Below are positions 1-13,523 of a DNA stretch of 64,000 nt, piece after piece. The stretch spans positions 2,138,527-2,202,526 of the forward strand of contig MU057880.1 in assembly GCA_013265495.1 (NCBI GenBank), written 5' to 3'. The notes beneath the pieces are model-generated. The model made no database searches. It was not told the origin of the DNA and saw nothing but the letters and a program-made list of their open reading frames with translations. How positions within the stretch are numbered: position 1 is the first letter of the stretch; every line of letters begins with the position of its first letter. Origin of the DNA: Vicugna vicugna. Taxonomy: Eukaryota. A program made the position numbers and the translations under genes.

Positions 1-129
1 GTAGTTCTATGATGGACCACGTCGGAATCTCAGCAGCTTCACACAGCAGAGGTGACTTTCCAGTTCCTGTCGCAGCCTGGTGTGGTTCCCTTTGCACCTG
101 GTGGGGGCAGAAGTCAGGAGGGGGAGGGT

Positions 130-365
130 GCTCCACGCGGTGATGCAGAAATTCAGGCTCTTTTTATCCAGTGGCTTCATCAGCTTCGATGTGTGGCTGT
201 AAAAATTGCCAAAAGGGGGAAAAGGAAGACAGGATGCGAAGACTGAGTAAGGATTGTACAAGGAAGCCTCCCAGTTGCGCACATCACACGGTTCCAACCG
301 AATTATAAAGGATGGAGGAAGGCAGAGTCTTCCTGTGTAGCCAGGAAGAAACAAAAGGGATTGAT
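130..365. mobile_element. Old MaLR (MLT1-like) LTR fragment
   Basis: Degenerate similarity to remembered MLT1 segments (cttcctgtgtagccaggaagaaa). Confidence 0.35.
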
Positions 366-1050
366 ACAGAAGGGGATGTTTTCTGTCACACTGACATGTA
401 AGGAAACATTTATGATAGAGTGTGGTGAGGGACACAACAAAGATGTGTAGGCAGTCCAGTTTTATTCAGAGGGGTGGTTCCCAAAGGCGTTAAATTGAAA
501 CTCACAAAATTCAACTAATTTTCCCATTAATACAAATGTTGGTTAGGGGAGGTGTGCTCTTGGATATTGTATGACTTGAGTAACTACTCTCCAATTTTAG
601 CACCTTTCTGCTTGACCCTATCACCTTCCATTTTCTCAAAGTAGGTCTAATATTTTAAAGTTTCTCATTTGAAATAAATTTGCAAGATTCATGCAGTGTT
701 GGGCCTTCTGGGCTTTTCATCACTTCTGACTTGATTCCAAAGTTTGCAGACAAAGTTTTCAGCAAATGCAGTAAAACCACCAGTACAGATAACCTCCGGA
801 TGCTGCTGTGAATGGATATAAAACTATTATACATAATAATATCATATGATAAAATGCAGCTTCATGTATAGACCATCTGAGGCGCATAAACAAATACACA
901 TAATGCCTACTAAATACGGATGGAAGGCGTATCTGTTTACCAGCCAGACTGGTGCCGCCATGCGGCAACAATATTTACACGGTTTACAGTTTCTTCTGCC
1001 AACAGCTTTAAAAGTATGTGCTCTGGATGAATATTTAAAATTTTTTTTCA

Positions 1051-1185
1051 GGGGGGAGGGTATAGCTCAGTGGTAAGAGCACATGCTTAGCATGCATGAG
1101 GTCATGGGTTTGACCCCCAGTACCTCCATTAAATAAAAATTAATAATAAATATATAAACCTAATTACCTCCCACCCCCCAAAAAA
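1051..1185 (+). mobile_element. tRNA-derived SINE (camelid Vic-1-like)
   Basis: ggggagggtatagctcagtggt A-box head, ggtttgacccc B-box, AT-rich linker, acctaattacctccc..aaaaa tail, flanked by aaaattttttt repeats. Confidence 0.9.
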
Positions 1186-1604
1186 TTTTTTTTAGATTCT
1201 CAGTATCTCAAAGTGTGACAGTATTAATATGCTGGGAACTTAAAATCACATAGTAAATTTTGCATAAAATGTGACCACATTTATAGACTGTTTTCAATAG
1301 ACTTATAAGCTACAGACTAATGTGTGATAGTTTTTCTGTCTTCAGCCCATTCCAATTCCTTCCCCACGTCATCCACAGAGAATTTTCCATGAGAAGCAGG
1401 GATCTCACTGTGTTATTCCCTTAAGTAAAAGCCCTCAATAGTTCTTACGGCCAAACGCTAAAGCTTTTAAATACAATTCCATACAACAAACATTTAATGA
1501 AAATCTACTAGATGCCAAGTATTTGGGAGAAATAAAACTTGAAAACTTCATAATCTTTGAAATAATCTTCCATCTTTTTCCACCATTCTCCATCTCTGGC
1601 TCCG

Positions 1605-1756
1605 ATGTTTTATTTTTCATTTTTTAAAATGTTACTTACTTTTCTAGGTGGGTAATTTATTTTATTTATTTACTTTTAGAGGGAACACGGGTGATAGAAC
1701 CCAGGACCTCGTGCATGCTGAGCATGCGCTCCACCACTGAGCTACACCTTGCCCCC
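1605..1756 (-). mobile_element. tRNA-derived SINE (Vic-1-like)
   Basis: Reverse complement of the same head (gaacccaggacctcgtgcatgctgagcatgcgctccaccactgagcta); TSD-like caYctctggct on both sides. Confidence 0.88.
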
Positions 1757-2513
1757 ACCTCTGGCTGGAACTTACCCAGCTGCCAGTCACTCGCTGACGG
1801 CAGGATTTTCTTTTCTCACATCTCCTGGTCTCTGAACAAGCTATATCAGCCAGAAGTGAGTGTGGTAAACAGATAGTTTCAGCAGAAGGGATTGGACACA
1901 GGAAATTAAATGCTTTCGAAATGACTGAAGGTCTGGAGGAGGGAGTCCCAGGGCTGCTGCTGGACCTGGGAGTTCAAGGACACCCTGGATGGTGACAACG
2001 AGGCCCAGGTGTGCTGATTTCGGCTCCTGCAATTACTCTGACTGCCTCGGACCCCCAGGGTGCTGGAACATTAAGCCTAGCTGCTACAACTGTCTTTAAA
2101 CTCTGACGTTTCTGCGGTATCATTTGCTACCTAAAATAGCGAGACAAGGGCTGCACCACAAAGCCACATTCCAAATTTCACCGGAATGCGTCTAATTAGC
2201 ACAACCTAATTTGCATCCAGACCTGGGCTACTAGGCAGCCCAGGAAACCTGGTTTCTAGCTCTCTGTCTCCCGTTGTTCAGGAATGGAAACAGAAAGACA
2301 GAAGTAGGAGAGGATGCAGAGTCGTACCCAGAACACAGAATGTATCCAATGCCTGGATTGCCGTCCATTCCTGACTGCCTGCCACCATTCCCGCCCCGAC
2401 ACCCAACTCCAGCAATCCCTTCCATGAGATGAATCCGGAGGCTGTCCGTCGTGACCGCATCACTCCCTTCCCGAGGACACCATTCTCACAGAAGATACTG
2501 AAGGTAAAGGATG

Positions 2514-2701
2514 TGTATATAAAAATAGATAAAAAACCAAATTTCTTCTGTATAGCACAGAGAACTATAGTCAATATCTTGTAATAACCTTTGATGAAAA
2601 AGAATATGAAAATGAACGTGTGTATGTATACACATGACTGGGACATTGTGCTGTGTACCAGTAATTGACACATTGTAACTGACTGTACCTCAATTAAAAA
2701 A
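2514..2701 (+). mobile_element. L1 3' UTR end, 5'-truncated
   Basis: tatagcacagagaactata..gacacattgtaactgactgtacctcaattaaaaaa; aaaggatg on both flanks. Confidence 0.88.
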
Positions 2702-3489
2702 GGATGCAGAGGATGCCCTGGGTTCAGCTGGTCTCCTGGAGAAACAGCAGCACATTGGAGGCTCCAATGCTGGCAAATTAGCTATTTAGAGGCAACAGGC
2801 CCCAGATCAGCCTCAGTATGTGGGAGTCCGTACCGCAGCTGCGTGCCTATTCCCCGTCTCTGCCATTGTGGTCACCCTGCTTATGGGCTCATTGTGCTGG
2901 CTCTTGGATGGCCGGTGACAAAGCTGGCCAAGTCACGTTGTTATTCGTGCCTTTCCCAAAATGGATACTTTCTGGCAGATGTGAACGTGATTTTTAAGAA
3001 TATCATCACACTTTATGCCCACTCCTATATGTCCACCTTCATGCCTGCCTCTCCCTCCCCTTTCTTTGTCTCTGATGTGTTAGTACTTTTCTTTCTAGAC
3101 CGCTGAGCTACTGGCCAGGGCATGGACCACTGCCTACAAGTTTGTACAAATTCTCCACCTGGCTCCCTCTTTTCCCTCCATGAAAGTGAGGCTCCACCCA
3201 TCGGGAAGGTTTTCCTGTGTCCCTGTTCACATATGCCCTGTTCCCCTACACCTTTCAAATGTCAAAATCACCACCCTGGAAAGAGCACTCCCCTCCAGCG
3301 GGACTTTTTCCCAGGTCACCACTGGTGACATCTTTAGCGGCTGGGCCTCCATTTGCGCCAGGGAGTGTCTGTGGCCTGTACACCACGAAGGGGCAGCATC
3401 CTCTTGTCTCTTTGCCAGTCAGTGATGAGTCCTGGGACCTACAGACCCATCCTTCCTCCTGACTTCTCCATCCACCTGCAGCACCACCT

Positions 3490-3890
3490 GCGTCAGATCA
3501 TGCTCTGGGAAGCAGATGCCAAGTAGACAGCAGACGTGCAAGAGGTCTGTTGGGGAAACACCTGTGAAGAGAAAAGGGAAGAGGGAGCAGGAGGAAGGAG
3601 GGAGAGCCCACCAACTACCATGCTGGTCTGACATTTGTGAAAGGAGATCGGATGGGAAGCACTTCTGACTGCAGAGCTGTGCTGAAGACACCTTGGCCGG
3701 ACATCCAGATGGTCCATGAGAAGAGATCCACGTTGGGCAGAACACCCAACTCCGGTCCCCCCGCCACATTCAGTCACTGGCTGGAAGCAGCCCAGGGAGA
3801 GTGTCACTTCCATGTGGACACCATGGTAGGTCCCACAGATGGGGCAGCTGGAAGCCACGGGGTCTCCCAGCAGGAGGTCTACCGTGCACC
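3490..3890. mobile_element. ERVL-type (LTR16-like) LTR relic
   Basis: ctgggaagcagatgcc..tgcaagaggtctgttggggaaacacctgtgaag pattern resembles the remembered LTR16 family. Confidence 0.55.
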
Positions 3891-5484
3891 ATTGTGACTC
3901 TTTTATGGTTGCAGCATGATCTCTTCCCGCCTGGAGGGGTGGGAACACCATGGACTGGCTGCCAACAGAGCCATTTCTCACTTCTTCATCATTTTAACGG
4001 CACATTCATTAAATTACCTTCCACTGTCTTTGGGATCTGTTATCCGGCTCTTAATTACTTGACTTTCGGGAAATACAGTCTCTCCATGATGACTTACCAG
4101 CATGTGATACTTGATTCTTGCTAAGTCATTAGCATTTGATGCTAGCGCCCACCTTCCTACCTGGCTCTGACACACTTTTCTGATCAACCACTTGGTGATT
4201 CCCAGCCCTCTAGGACATCCTATTCTGCCTGGCATCCTGTTCTGTTGTCCCCAGCTGGCGCCTTTAATCACACCCTTCCCTTGGCCTGAAACGGGCTTGC
4301 CTGTATCTTGTTTATCCAGGAGCTTCTCCGTTTCTTGCTGATTTAACACGAAACACTAACATGAATTAAAAACAATGTACGATTCCTATGATGCCACTAC
4401 AGTGAGGGCATCGACCCTGCAGGGATGACGCTGACATTCTGGCTAAGATTTGTCACAGTACAAGAGCATTTAAAATGCCCTACATCACACAGCTCACACT
4501 GGAGACTAGCTGGACAGAGATTTTCTTAAATGTGGCTGCAATCCAAAAAATTTACAGCATAATCCGACAAGTTGAAAATCTGCAACAATCATCTCTAAAC
4601 CATTAAGAGGAAGAAATAAATTTTGGATCCACCACGGTATAGGACAGAATAGACTATTTCTCTGTTCTCTCTGCAGCAGCTGATATAAAATTATAGTTAT
4701 ATGAAGAAGAGGATTAGACAATACATCAAATGCATCAAAATACTATAGGAAAAATTTCCTACAGGAATGTATCAGACAGTATCATGTAAATGCTACACCC
4801 GCCAGAGGGAAATATTTTCAAATATTAATACAGTGTTATCTGTGTCTTAAGATGTCGATATAAAAGTGTAGCTCTGGTGGGAATGTAAATTGATACAAAC
4901 TTGCTGCAATGAAACTCAAAATTTTAAGATTATTTCTTATATTTTTTGAAGGAGAAATTCTTAGGTTTTCAATATTTATACTAAATATGCTCTGCTGGCT
5001 TGGAGAGTACTTAAGTGATTGCATTTTGACAGAACTGAGGACATGTTATCCCTCTTGAAATACTAGCATCATAGTAGAATAGAAAGATTCAGGACTGAAA
5101 ACCAGGATAGCTAGCTGCTAGTCTCATTTCTACAGTAAATAATTTTTTTTTCCTTTGGTCGAGTCATTAAATTAGCTTTCTCATCTAAAATCTTAGAGGA
5201 TTAATCAGTTTCTTGCTATTCGAAAATTATAGGAATATGACCATCAGTTCACCAGAATATATAAAATCTATCATTACAAATATGTTCTGCTTTGTACTGT
5301 GACACAAAACCAAATAAAAATTTAAGTATTATTAAAACCTTGGTCAATGATTAGTATCATCAGTCAGTATCCAAGTCAGTTATCCATGCTCTTTTCTAGG
5401 GCTATTCTAGAAAACGTTTTCATTGCATTCAAGATGACTCCTTTTTTAGAGAGTAAATGGAGGTATATCTGCAGCTGCCAAGGC

Positions 5485-5860
5485 TAACTGTACTCTATAT
5501 CAACTGTAACACAGACTCCAAAAATAGTGACTTTTGAAAAAAGATGGATGTTTTTCCCCATGTAACATAAATCCAGAGATAAGCAATCCAGATTCATGAA
5601 GTCTTTACAGAGCCAGGATCCTTTGTAGTTTCTACTCTGCTCATGGCCCAAAATGACTGCTGGAGCACCAGCCTTCACACTTGCATTTCACGTAGCAGAA
5701 TGGAAGGGAAAATCCAGGAAGGGAATATCCAGCTCCTTTAAAGTACATTTCCTAAAAGTAGCACATCACGTTTGCTGCAGCTCATTGGCTAAAATGTTGC
5801 CACTTGGCCATAACCAACTGCAAGAAAGGATGGAGAATGTCCTTATTTTTTCCTGGACTG
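5485..5860. mobile_element. MaLR LTR relic (MLT1J/K-like)
   Basis: caaaatgactgctggagcaccagccttcac, ctcattggc..ggccataaccaactgcaagaaagg motifs. Confidence 0.65.
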
Positions 5861-8013
5861 CAAGTTGTTCACTGACCTTCAAAGTTATTACTACTAAGAA
5901 AGTAAGGGAGACTAGACATTAGGATACTGCTAGCAATCCCTGCAACAGCATGTTTGCCTCATCTTCTAAGAATTTATTGCAATGATTACGCTTTGCTTCC
6001 AAGAATTGGTTTGGGTCCTGACACTCCAGTTTTTTCCCCGATTTCTGCTCTCTTGCCTTACTCTGATTTTGGGGGTTTCAGAAGAAGACTTCTGGACATC
6101 TGTCTTCCTTCTAATTTGGCTTCTTCCTATGACTGCTTCTCAAAGCTCAGCCGCTACTCAGCTCAGCCACTTAAGCCTCCCGTCAAGTGATCACGTCCCC
6201 CACCTCCAAGCCCAGCTCAGTGACTTCCTACCCAGGCCCGAACCCAGCACCGAACCCAGCAACTGGGCTCCCTTGTCTTCCAGGAAGAGAGATTACCCAC
6301 TAACAGGTTAAGCTTTTCCTGGTTTTTGAAGCCTTTTCTCAATTTCACAAACGGATATCCTCTCATCTTTTAAACCAGTTGCTCAGTGGCTACATTCACT
6401 CATTCATTCATTCCCTTGTTCCAAAAATATATGGACAGATGTTGAATAGCAGAGGATTGTTTTTCCTCTATACTGACATGTTTTGACAAAGCACGCACTC
6501 CGAATCCAGCAGCAATAGTGGGTTAGTGATAGATACATCTTTTTTTCTACCAGAACACTTTGCCTCATAAAACAAGGGATCACTGTGTACTTTCACAATG
6601 CCTCCTAGCCTAATATTTCAATTTTTAAGACAGTTATAGCACATTTCCTTATTTATCTCCCTGACTCTTTCAACTCCTGGGTTTCCGTCGTTGGCAGGTA
6701 TGTTCTGGCACCTTCCAGTGGATAATTCTACACACCTTCCAGCAGGAATCGCTTCAAAGAATTAGCCTATTTACTGTTACTGATTATGCAACACATCATC
6801 TTGACAACCTGAGCACCACTTCCTGGAATTATGAGAACACGTTGTACTGAACTGGCAATTGGTGGAAAGGGTACAAAAATAATTTCCCACGAAAATAGTG
6901 TATGATAACATCAAGAACAATTTAAAGTATTTCTTCTGTCAAATGCTACCTAAATATATTTCAATAATCTAGAGCAAACAAGTCACAGAGAATATTTTGG
7001 GAAAGAATAAAGTGATTTAATCTTGGCCCTTAGTTTTAATGAGATCAAGTTCCTGGCAACAACGAGTTCAAATTCTTGGCAAATCACCAAATGTGTGAAT
7101 TCTGACATGAGTTTCCAACCAAATATGGGATCAGAAGGTAAAAAGTGGCAGGATCCGCTAAAACAGGTTGCATTTTATGATCTAAAAATCAAAAAAAGCT
7201 AACTCAGAATTTCTGAATGCAGCCCTCCCATCCACATTTTATAAAATCAAATAAAACATCCAAAATGTGCATTTTCCCTTAAGACCTTAAAATTACCTTT
7301 CTTTTTCTCCTTTTCTTCATCATCATCAGAGTCCTTCAAACAGTAATCGATATGTTTTTCACCCACTTTGTCATCACTTGGTCACTTTTATTACTTTGTA
7401 GCATTTGGTGTACAGTGTATGATAGACTTTTTGCAGGAATAAGTACATTCAAAAGCAGCAATGGACACACACACACACACACACACATAGCGTATTTCTT
7501 GCCTTCAGAGAGTCTGCTGCAAGCCCAGCGCCCTGTCCCAAGCAACTCCCTTCAAATGGGTCAGGGGTCTACAGCGTTCTGTCCCGTGGCTCCAGCATGT
7601 CCCTCGGCACCCCCCAGATCACAGTCGGGGAAGGAGCGAGCTAGAGGGTCACACAGTAGACGTCACTGCCTCTGCCCGGAAGGGACATGCAGAAGTTACG
7701 TCTCTTACAGCTCAGCTCCTGGGTCATCACGAACCACATGGCTTTGCCTGTTTGCAAGAGAGCTGGTGAGTAAGGTTCTTCCAACAATCCAGAAAGAAGA
7801 GCCTTGGATATTGCGATGCTCTAGAACGTTTCCCAGACCAATATACTGAAACCATCCTGACTGTTGATAACATAAGTGTGCTTCCCTAATACCTTCTATT
7901 TATTAATTTTGTTATCATTTCCATCCTGCACGTAGTAATTCTGTTCCAAAATTTGGATAAACTCAGAGCCCCTTTTTTAACCCTTGGCCAAAGTTGCAGG
8001 CATCGTTTTAAAA

Positions 8014-8216
8014 TTATTTATTTATTTATTCTTTTTACTGAAGTACAGTCAATGACAACGTGCCAATTTCTGGTGTACAGCACAATGTCCCAGTCATGCA
8101 TATATATACATAGACTCATTTGCATAGTCTTTGTCATTAAAGAGTATTACAAGATACTGAGTATAGTTTCCTGTGCTACGCAGAAGAAATTGGTTTTTTT
8201 TCCATCAGTATTTATA
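8014..8216 (-). mobile_element. L1 3' UTR end, 5'-truncated
   Basis: Reverse-strand copy of the same L1 end; TSD-like caggcatc..ttt flanks at about 7997 and 8217. Confidence 0.88.
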
Positions 8217-9169
8217 CAGGCATCTTTAGAAAAATAAACAGAAGTAAAGTGTCACCATCGCCTTGACCTCGCGTCTGCACCTTGAGAAATCCATCCACAT
8301 TCCTTTTCTGACCTCTCGCCCTACACCTGCCGGGGGGGCCCTGGTCTCTCTCATTGCCGCGGAGCTGTCTGCCCTCACCGCCAGAAGGACACTGAGAACA
8401 GAAGCCACAGCTCACTGCCAATGGCGTCAGCGATCTGCTGGCCCAGTGACTTGACTGTCTTTCCCTCCCTTTCCTGGAGACTCACTCAGGCAAGTGACGT
8501 GCTTGCTCATGACAAGAGCTTTCTGAGAGACCCGCCCATTTTTCGGTGGAAAGCATCGATATCTTGAGCCCTACGACTTTGAATTTCTCTCCTCCAGATC
8601 CCAGCCTGCCTGTTTCCAGCAACCCTGGACCACTGTGACTGATCATTCCCAGCCCTGATCAAGCCCCTGTGTCAAAAGACCCATCTTAGATCAGGCTTTG
8701 CACTGCCAGCCGTCTCCAACCTCCTTCTGCCACGTGCAGAGGCTCCAGCCTGGGTGGAGGTGGTGCTCTTCGTGCGCAGTGAGCCAGACCTCAGCTCTGT
8801 GTTGGTACCAATACACCATGTTGCTAGTGTTCCGGGAACCAGGAAATGACCTCTTGTCTGGTTTCTGCTCTCTGCCTCACTAATTTAGAGTCAATTTTGT
8901 TTAAAAATATCTTCTTTTTCCATACGTTTAATTTTGCCACTGACCCCATCTATTGTTATTAATAATAATAATGATGATGATTATGATGAAGTTGTCATCC
9001 TTGGCTCTGTGCTTCACGGCCAAGAGTCAGTGGGCTCCAGCTCCTACCATTCACACACCTGCCGTCAGCACCCCGACGTGAATCTACCTTCACAGGAAGC
9101 TGCTTCTCCAGGCGGACAGGCTGGGAGACATCTATTTGCCTCCATGAGCCCACTTTTGTCCAAGCTACC

Positions 9170-9548
9170 TGCAGTGGGTTGAAGTGTGTCTCCTACAAAG
9201 TCATTGTTTCCCGCTGCCCTCTCCGGGAACCTCAGAAAGTCACTTTATTTTGCCAAGGGTTAAAGGCTCAAGAGGAGATCAAACTGGGTTAGGCTGAGCC
9301 CTACAATCCAATGACTGGTGTCCTTATGGGAAGGGAGGAAGACACTCAGAGACGCAGGGGAAACAGTGGAGGAGGATGTCAAGACAGAGATGGAGGCTGG
9401 AGGGGTGCACCTGCATGCCAAGGACCCTTCCCCAGAGCCTGCAGAGTGGACTTGGGACATCCAGCCTCCAGAACAGTGAGAGAATAAATCTCCAATGTGT
9501 CAGCCCACCAGGTTTGTGGTACTCTGTTCCAGTAGCCCCAGGAAACAA
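9170..9548 (+). mobile_element. MaLR solo LTR (MLT1B/C-like)
   Basis: tgcagtgggttgaa start, ccaatgactggtgtcctta, cagcctccagaacagtgagagaataaat, gtttgtggtactctgtt..gtagccccaggaaac end. Confidence 0.85.
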
Positions 9549-10944
9549 TGGATTTTTACCTAAACTGGAAGACTCGGAAGCATCTTCCATTTCCTTCTCC
9601 CCTGTCCACGCGAACCCCTGCTGACGTCCTGGCAAAACACGGCAGCCAGATCGTGTCAGCTTTACTCCCTGGGGGCACCCTCTCCTCCGTCCCTGCCTTT
9701 GACCATCTTCCTCACAGCCCCGCCAGGATCAATCACAATGTCGCTCTTCTCATGCAAAGAAAAATCTCAAAAACTTCCCATGGCCCTCCTTCGCTTAAGG
9801 GTTCAATAAAAATTCTTCCGCTTGACATTCCAGACCCTTGGATGACCCAGCAGTATTTCCCACTCTTCTAATCTAAGATGCATTCTCTTTGTGTTCCTTT
9901 TCCGTGAGTGGTCTGTACCCTGACAGAATTTAAGGAAATGCAATTTTCCCATTAAGTTTTGGATTTTTTTTTTTGACAGAAAACATTAACGCATTAAAAA
10001 AATTCCAATAGCTTATTTTTGTTGCCTGTAATTAAGTTATATTTTGCCTTATAATTTATTTACACACGCCCTCCCCTTGCCCTGTCCAGATGGAATATGA
10101 TTTACCTGCACATAACTCTAGACTTTTATTGTATTGTTGTTTTTCATGTATATCGTTGGTTTGCCAGTTCAGTTGACGTTTGTTGAATTTACTTGACTTA
10201 GTAACTGATCTGGAACTGACAAACCTAGAGACTTCGTGAGGTGGGGAACTTGAGGGATGGGGCACAGTTAGTAAACTACTGATATCAATCTCATTTAAGA
10301 CACACCACCAAAGGGCAAACACGATTTTAATGCTTACTTTTTTTTTCCCCCTTACATAAGCTAAGGTTAATTTCAGTGTTTATTGGGGTGACTACTAGTC
10401 CTTATACATATGAAGAAACTTTTTAAAAAGATACACGGCCGTTTTATAACTATGTAGCCGTTGGGTTCTATGTGTGTTATTATTTTGTGGAGTTCAAGGT
10501 AAGACAGTATCTTTAGCAAGGGAAGTGGACCCTCCCTGGGTGATTTGATTTTCACTCTTCAGTTGCTCTGAAAGCTATTGCCCTGACTCCATAAACTGGA
10601 GACAACTGACAGCAACACAAGATCATTCTTATCCACGTCCATGCAAATTCTGTCCTGTCCACGGAGGCTTTATGGATGATCCCCCACCGCCCATCGTGGA
10701 ACAAACAGCTCTGCCCCCGTTTGCGCCGTCATTTCAGTTTTCCTGACCTATAAATATGTCCATTCTTTGGATCCTTTGGAACCAGTTATCACATCTGCCT
10801 GGTTTTGTCGTGGATTCTGAGCTTAAGGAATCTTTAACAGGTATTCCTCTTACATCTGCATGAGAGTTGTGATTGAACCTTTTTCTGAAATTAACTTCAG
10901 ACAGAGATGTGTTCCTGTTTCACTATTCCTGGTGTTGTAAATTC

Positions 10945-11590
10945 TGACTACCAGCTTTTAAGTAGGACATTGGATAAACTGGAAAGCAATGAGAAGGGTG
11001 GCGAAAAGTGGTAGGGAAACCTTGAAACTGCTGTATAGAGGACAAGTGGGAAAAATTTAGGTTGGGGAAGATTAATCTAATAGGGAAAAGAAAGAGGGGC
11101 AAGGAGGGATAAATTGGGAGTTTGGGATTTGCAGATCCACTCTACTATATATAAAATAGATAAACAGCAAGGTCCTACTGTGTAGCACAGGGAATTATAT
11201 ACAGTACCTTGTAATAGCCTGTAATGAAAAAAATGAAAAGGAAAAAAATATATATATGTATAACTGAATCACTATCCTGTACACCAGAAATTAATATCAC
11301 ATTGTAAACTGACTATATTTCGATTAAAAACACTTTTAAAAATAAATTAAAAAGGAAATGATTATTATTTTCCAAAAACCTAAAGGGCTACCATGCAGAA
11401 ATGTGACCAGTCAGGTTTGATGAGTTCTTAGAGGATAAACCTGAAAAAAATCGGGTAAAATTTACACAGAAATTTTGACTCAGTGTAAGTCCAAACTTGC
11501 CAGCAGTTAGGTCTGTACAGAAACGGTGTGGTCACCTTTGAGATGTAGAAATGTCCTGATCCCAGGGGTGCTCACGCAGAGTTTGGACAG
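10945..11590 (+). mobile_element. CR1/L3 LINE 3' relic interrupted by an L1 end
   Basis: ttttaagtaggacattggataaactgga..; ttccaaaaacctaaagggctaccatgcag..; ggtgctcacgcagagtttggaca resemble the L3 3' end. Confidence 0.6.
11090..11350 (+). mobile_element. L1 3' UTR end
   Basis: ggagggataaattgggagtttgggatt..acagcaaggtcctactgtgtagcacaggg..cattgtaaactgactat plus A-rich tail. Confidence 0.9.
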
Positions 11591-12798
11591 AATCTTATTC
11601 GGATTCTTTTACCATTGATTAAACTGTGTTGATTCTGGAACTGGACTGGATGTCTTGTGGAGGATTTCAACCTAGAGTCACTAATTTCATGATTCAATTC
11701 GATCCTGGTCGTGTGTGTGGGTTGCGTCCCCTGGGACAGCCGCACCCATCGGAAACACCAGCGGGAGTCATCTTTCTGGAGTAGGATGTGAAGGTGAGAC
11801 TCCGCTTCGTGGGTGCTTTGGCTCAGCCTCCAAAGCCGAGGACAGTATGATAAGAACCTTTGATGTGGATGATTTGAAACAGTCAGTGGTGGAGAATGGA
11901 GCAGTGTACCAGAAACCCAGAAATATATCTCTGGACCCAGGCTGCTGTCCGTGAAGATGCAGAAACTCAGGCCTTCTGAACACAGTGGCCAGTGCTCAGG
12001 GCTCTGCGGTCCCCCGGGCTGGGGGTGGGGGACAGTCAAGGCAGAGGGGATGGATTCTTCCCCAGGGGAGTCCAAGTCCAGGGTTGGAGTTACTTAAAAA
12101 TCAGAGCACAGACTGCAGCTGCCAGGGGTGTGGCCAGGCCATAAAGAATTTGATGGGCAAAAGAAGTGGAACATTTCCCAAAGCCCGAGGCCGTGGTCTG
12201 GACGGCAGCCAGGTGTGAGTCAGGGGGAAGGCATGTTACATCAGCGATGGCTCCTCGTGAATGCCCGCGGAGCGAGAGTGGAGTGGCAAATATCAGGGAA
12301 ATGTTAGCCAAAACTTGTACTGCTTGGGTTAGGAAACCACTGTTTGAGAAGGGGTGGGGATGGGGGTGTCCCCAATCCAGCAGGAGAGAAACAGGCTCTG
12401 GGAAGGCCCACATTCCGTACTGCGAGAGCACCAGTCCCTGAAGGACTAGCCCTTTCCTCTCCTTCCTCCACCCAGCCTGTCCTCATCCTCAGAGCATCAG
12501 CAGGGAGGTGGGAGGAGGGGGACCGGAGGAGCCAGCTGGGGAAAGAGTGAGGCAACCTGCCCCCCCACCCCCCGAGGCCACACTGGGGCAGGATTCCCAG
12601 GCTGTTCGGAGCTGGAAGGGGAGAAGCTTTGAGAGACTGAAATGATGATATTAGGTTGGAGCAACGCTTTAAAGCTAAAATGACATTGTACTAATATCCG
12701 AAAGGCCCAGGGAGGCTGGGGACTCTGCCCAGTGGGTTGTACAGGAGCCCAATGGCAGGTGTGGAAACAAAACCATCTCAGCTCACACCCTACCAGGG

Positions 12799-13300
12799 TG
12801 TGAATGAAAACATTGCAGCTGTATCAGTAAACAAAGGATGCTGTGACCATCAGGACATCAGCCACTACCGCCACCCCTGACAGTGAGCGGAGGGGGCTCA
12901 GGTGCAGACAAGCAGGCAGCGTGGCCTCTGCTGCCACCCCCAGCGGTCCCCCCTGAGGGGACTCAGGATGGGAATGACTAGGACACTGGCCCTAGACAGC
13001 TAGGTGCACATTGAAGGAATGATTTCAATGAGCCCAGACCTTCCCACCTTCCCTTACGTAGAAAACCACTAAATTCCTTAACTTAGGGTATCTGGTTTTC
13101 TTTAATAAACAGTAATCTTTTGATGTTCCAACCACCTGGTCTTTGTTGCAAAAACACCTATAAACCCTGGCCCCTCCCCACCACTTTGGAGCAGCCTCTT
13201 GTGATCTGAGAGGCTGTGTCCCGGGCTTGAGTCCTAACAAAATCCACCAACTAAAACGTAATTCTCAACTTTTAGCTTGTGCATTTCACTTCCGCCGACA
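12799..13300 (+). mobile_element. ERV1-class solo LTR (family A, copy 1)
   Basis: TG..CA ends, cctataaa TATA-like box, flanks aggg/atgg; colinear with the reverse complement of 13524-14018. Confidence 0.85.
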
Positions 13301-13523
13301 ATGGACAGCTGACCTTAGGAACCTGTTTCATGGGTCACAGCAAACCTTCCGCCCAAACAGAAGCTCCTCCTTCCAGGTCACTCTTCATAGTTACGTCGAG
13401 ATCTGATGAGGAAGTGACCTGTTTTAGCATCTGAAATCTTGCACCCTTCAGCTAACATCAAGCTCAACAGATGGAAATGGTTGCAGAAATTCTTCTTTTC
13501 ATGGACACTCAAGTTTTCCCTCT

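Noticed and set aside
1051..1128. tRNA-Ala-like genes (also at 24254 and the minus-strand copies)
   Set aside because: All copies carry a shared non-tRNA tail, TSDs and independent mutations, so they are SINEs rather than tRNA genes.
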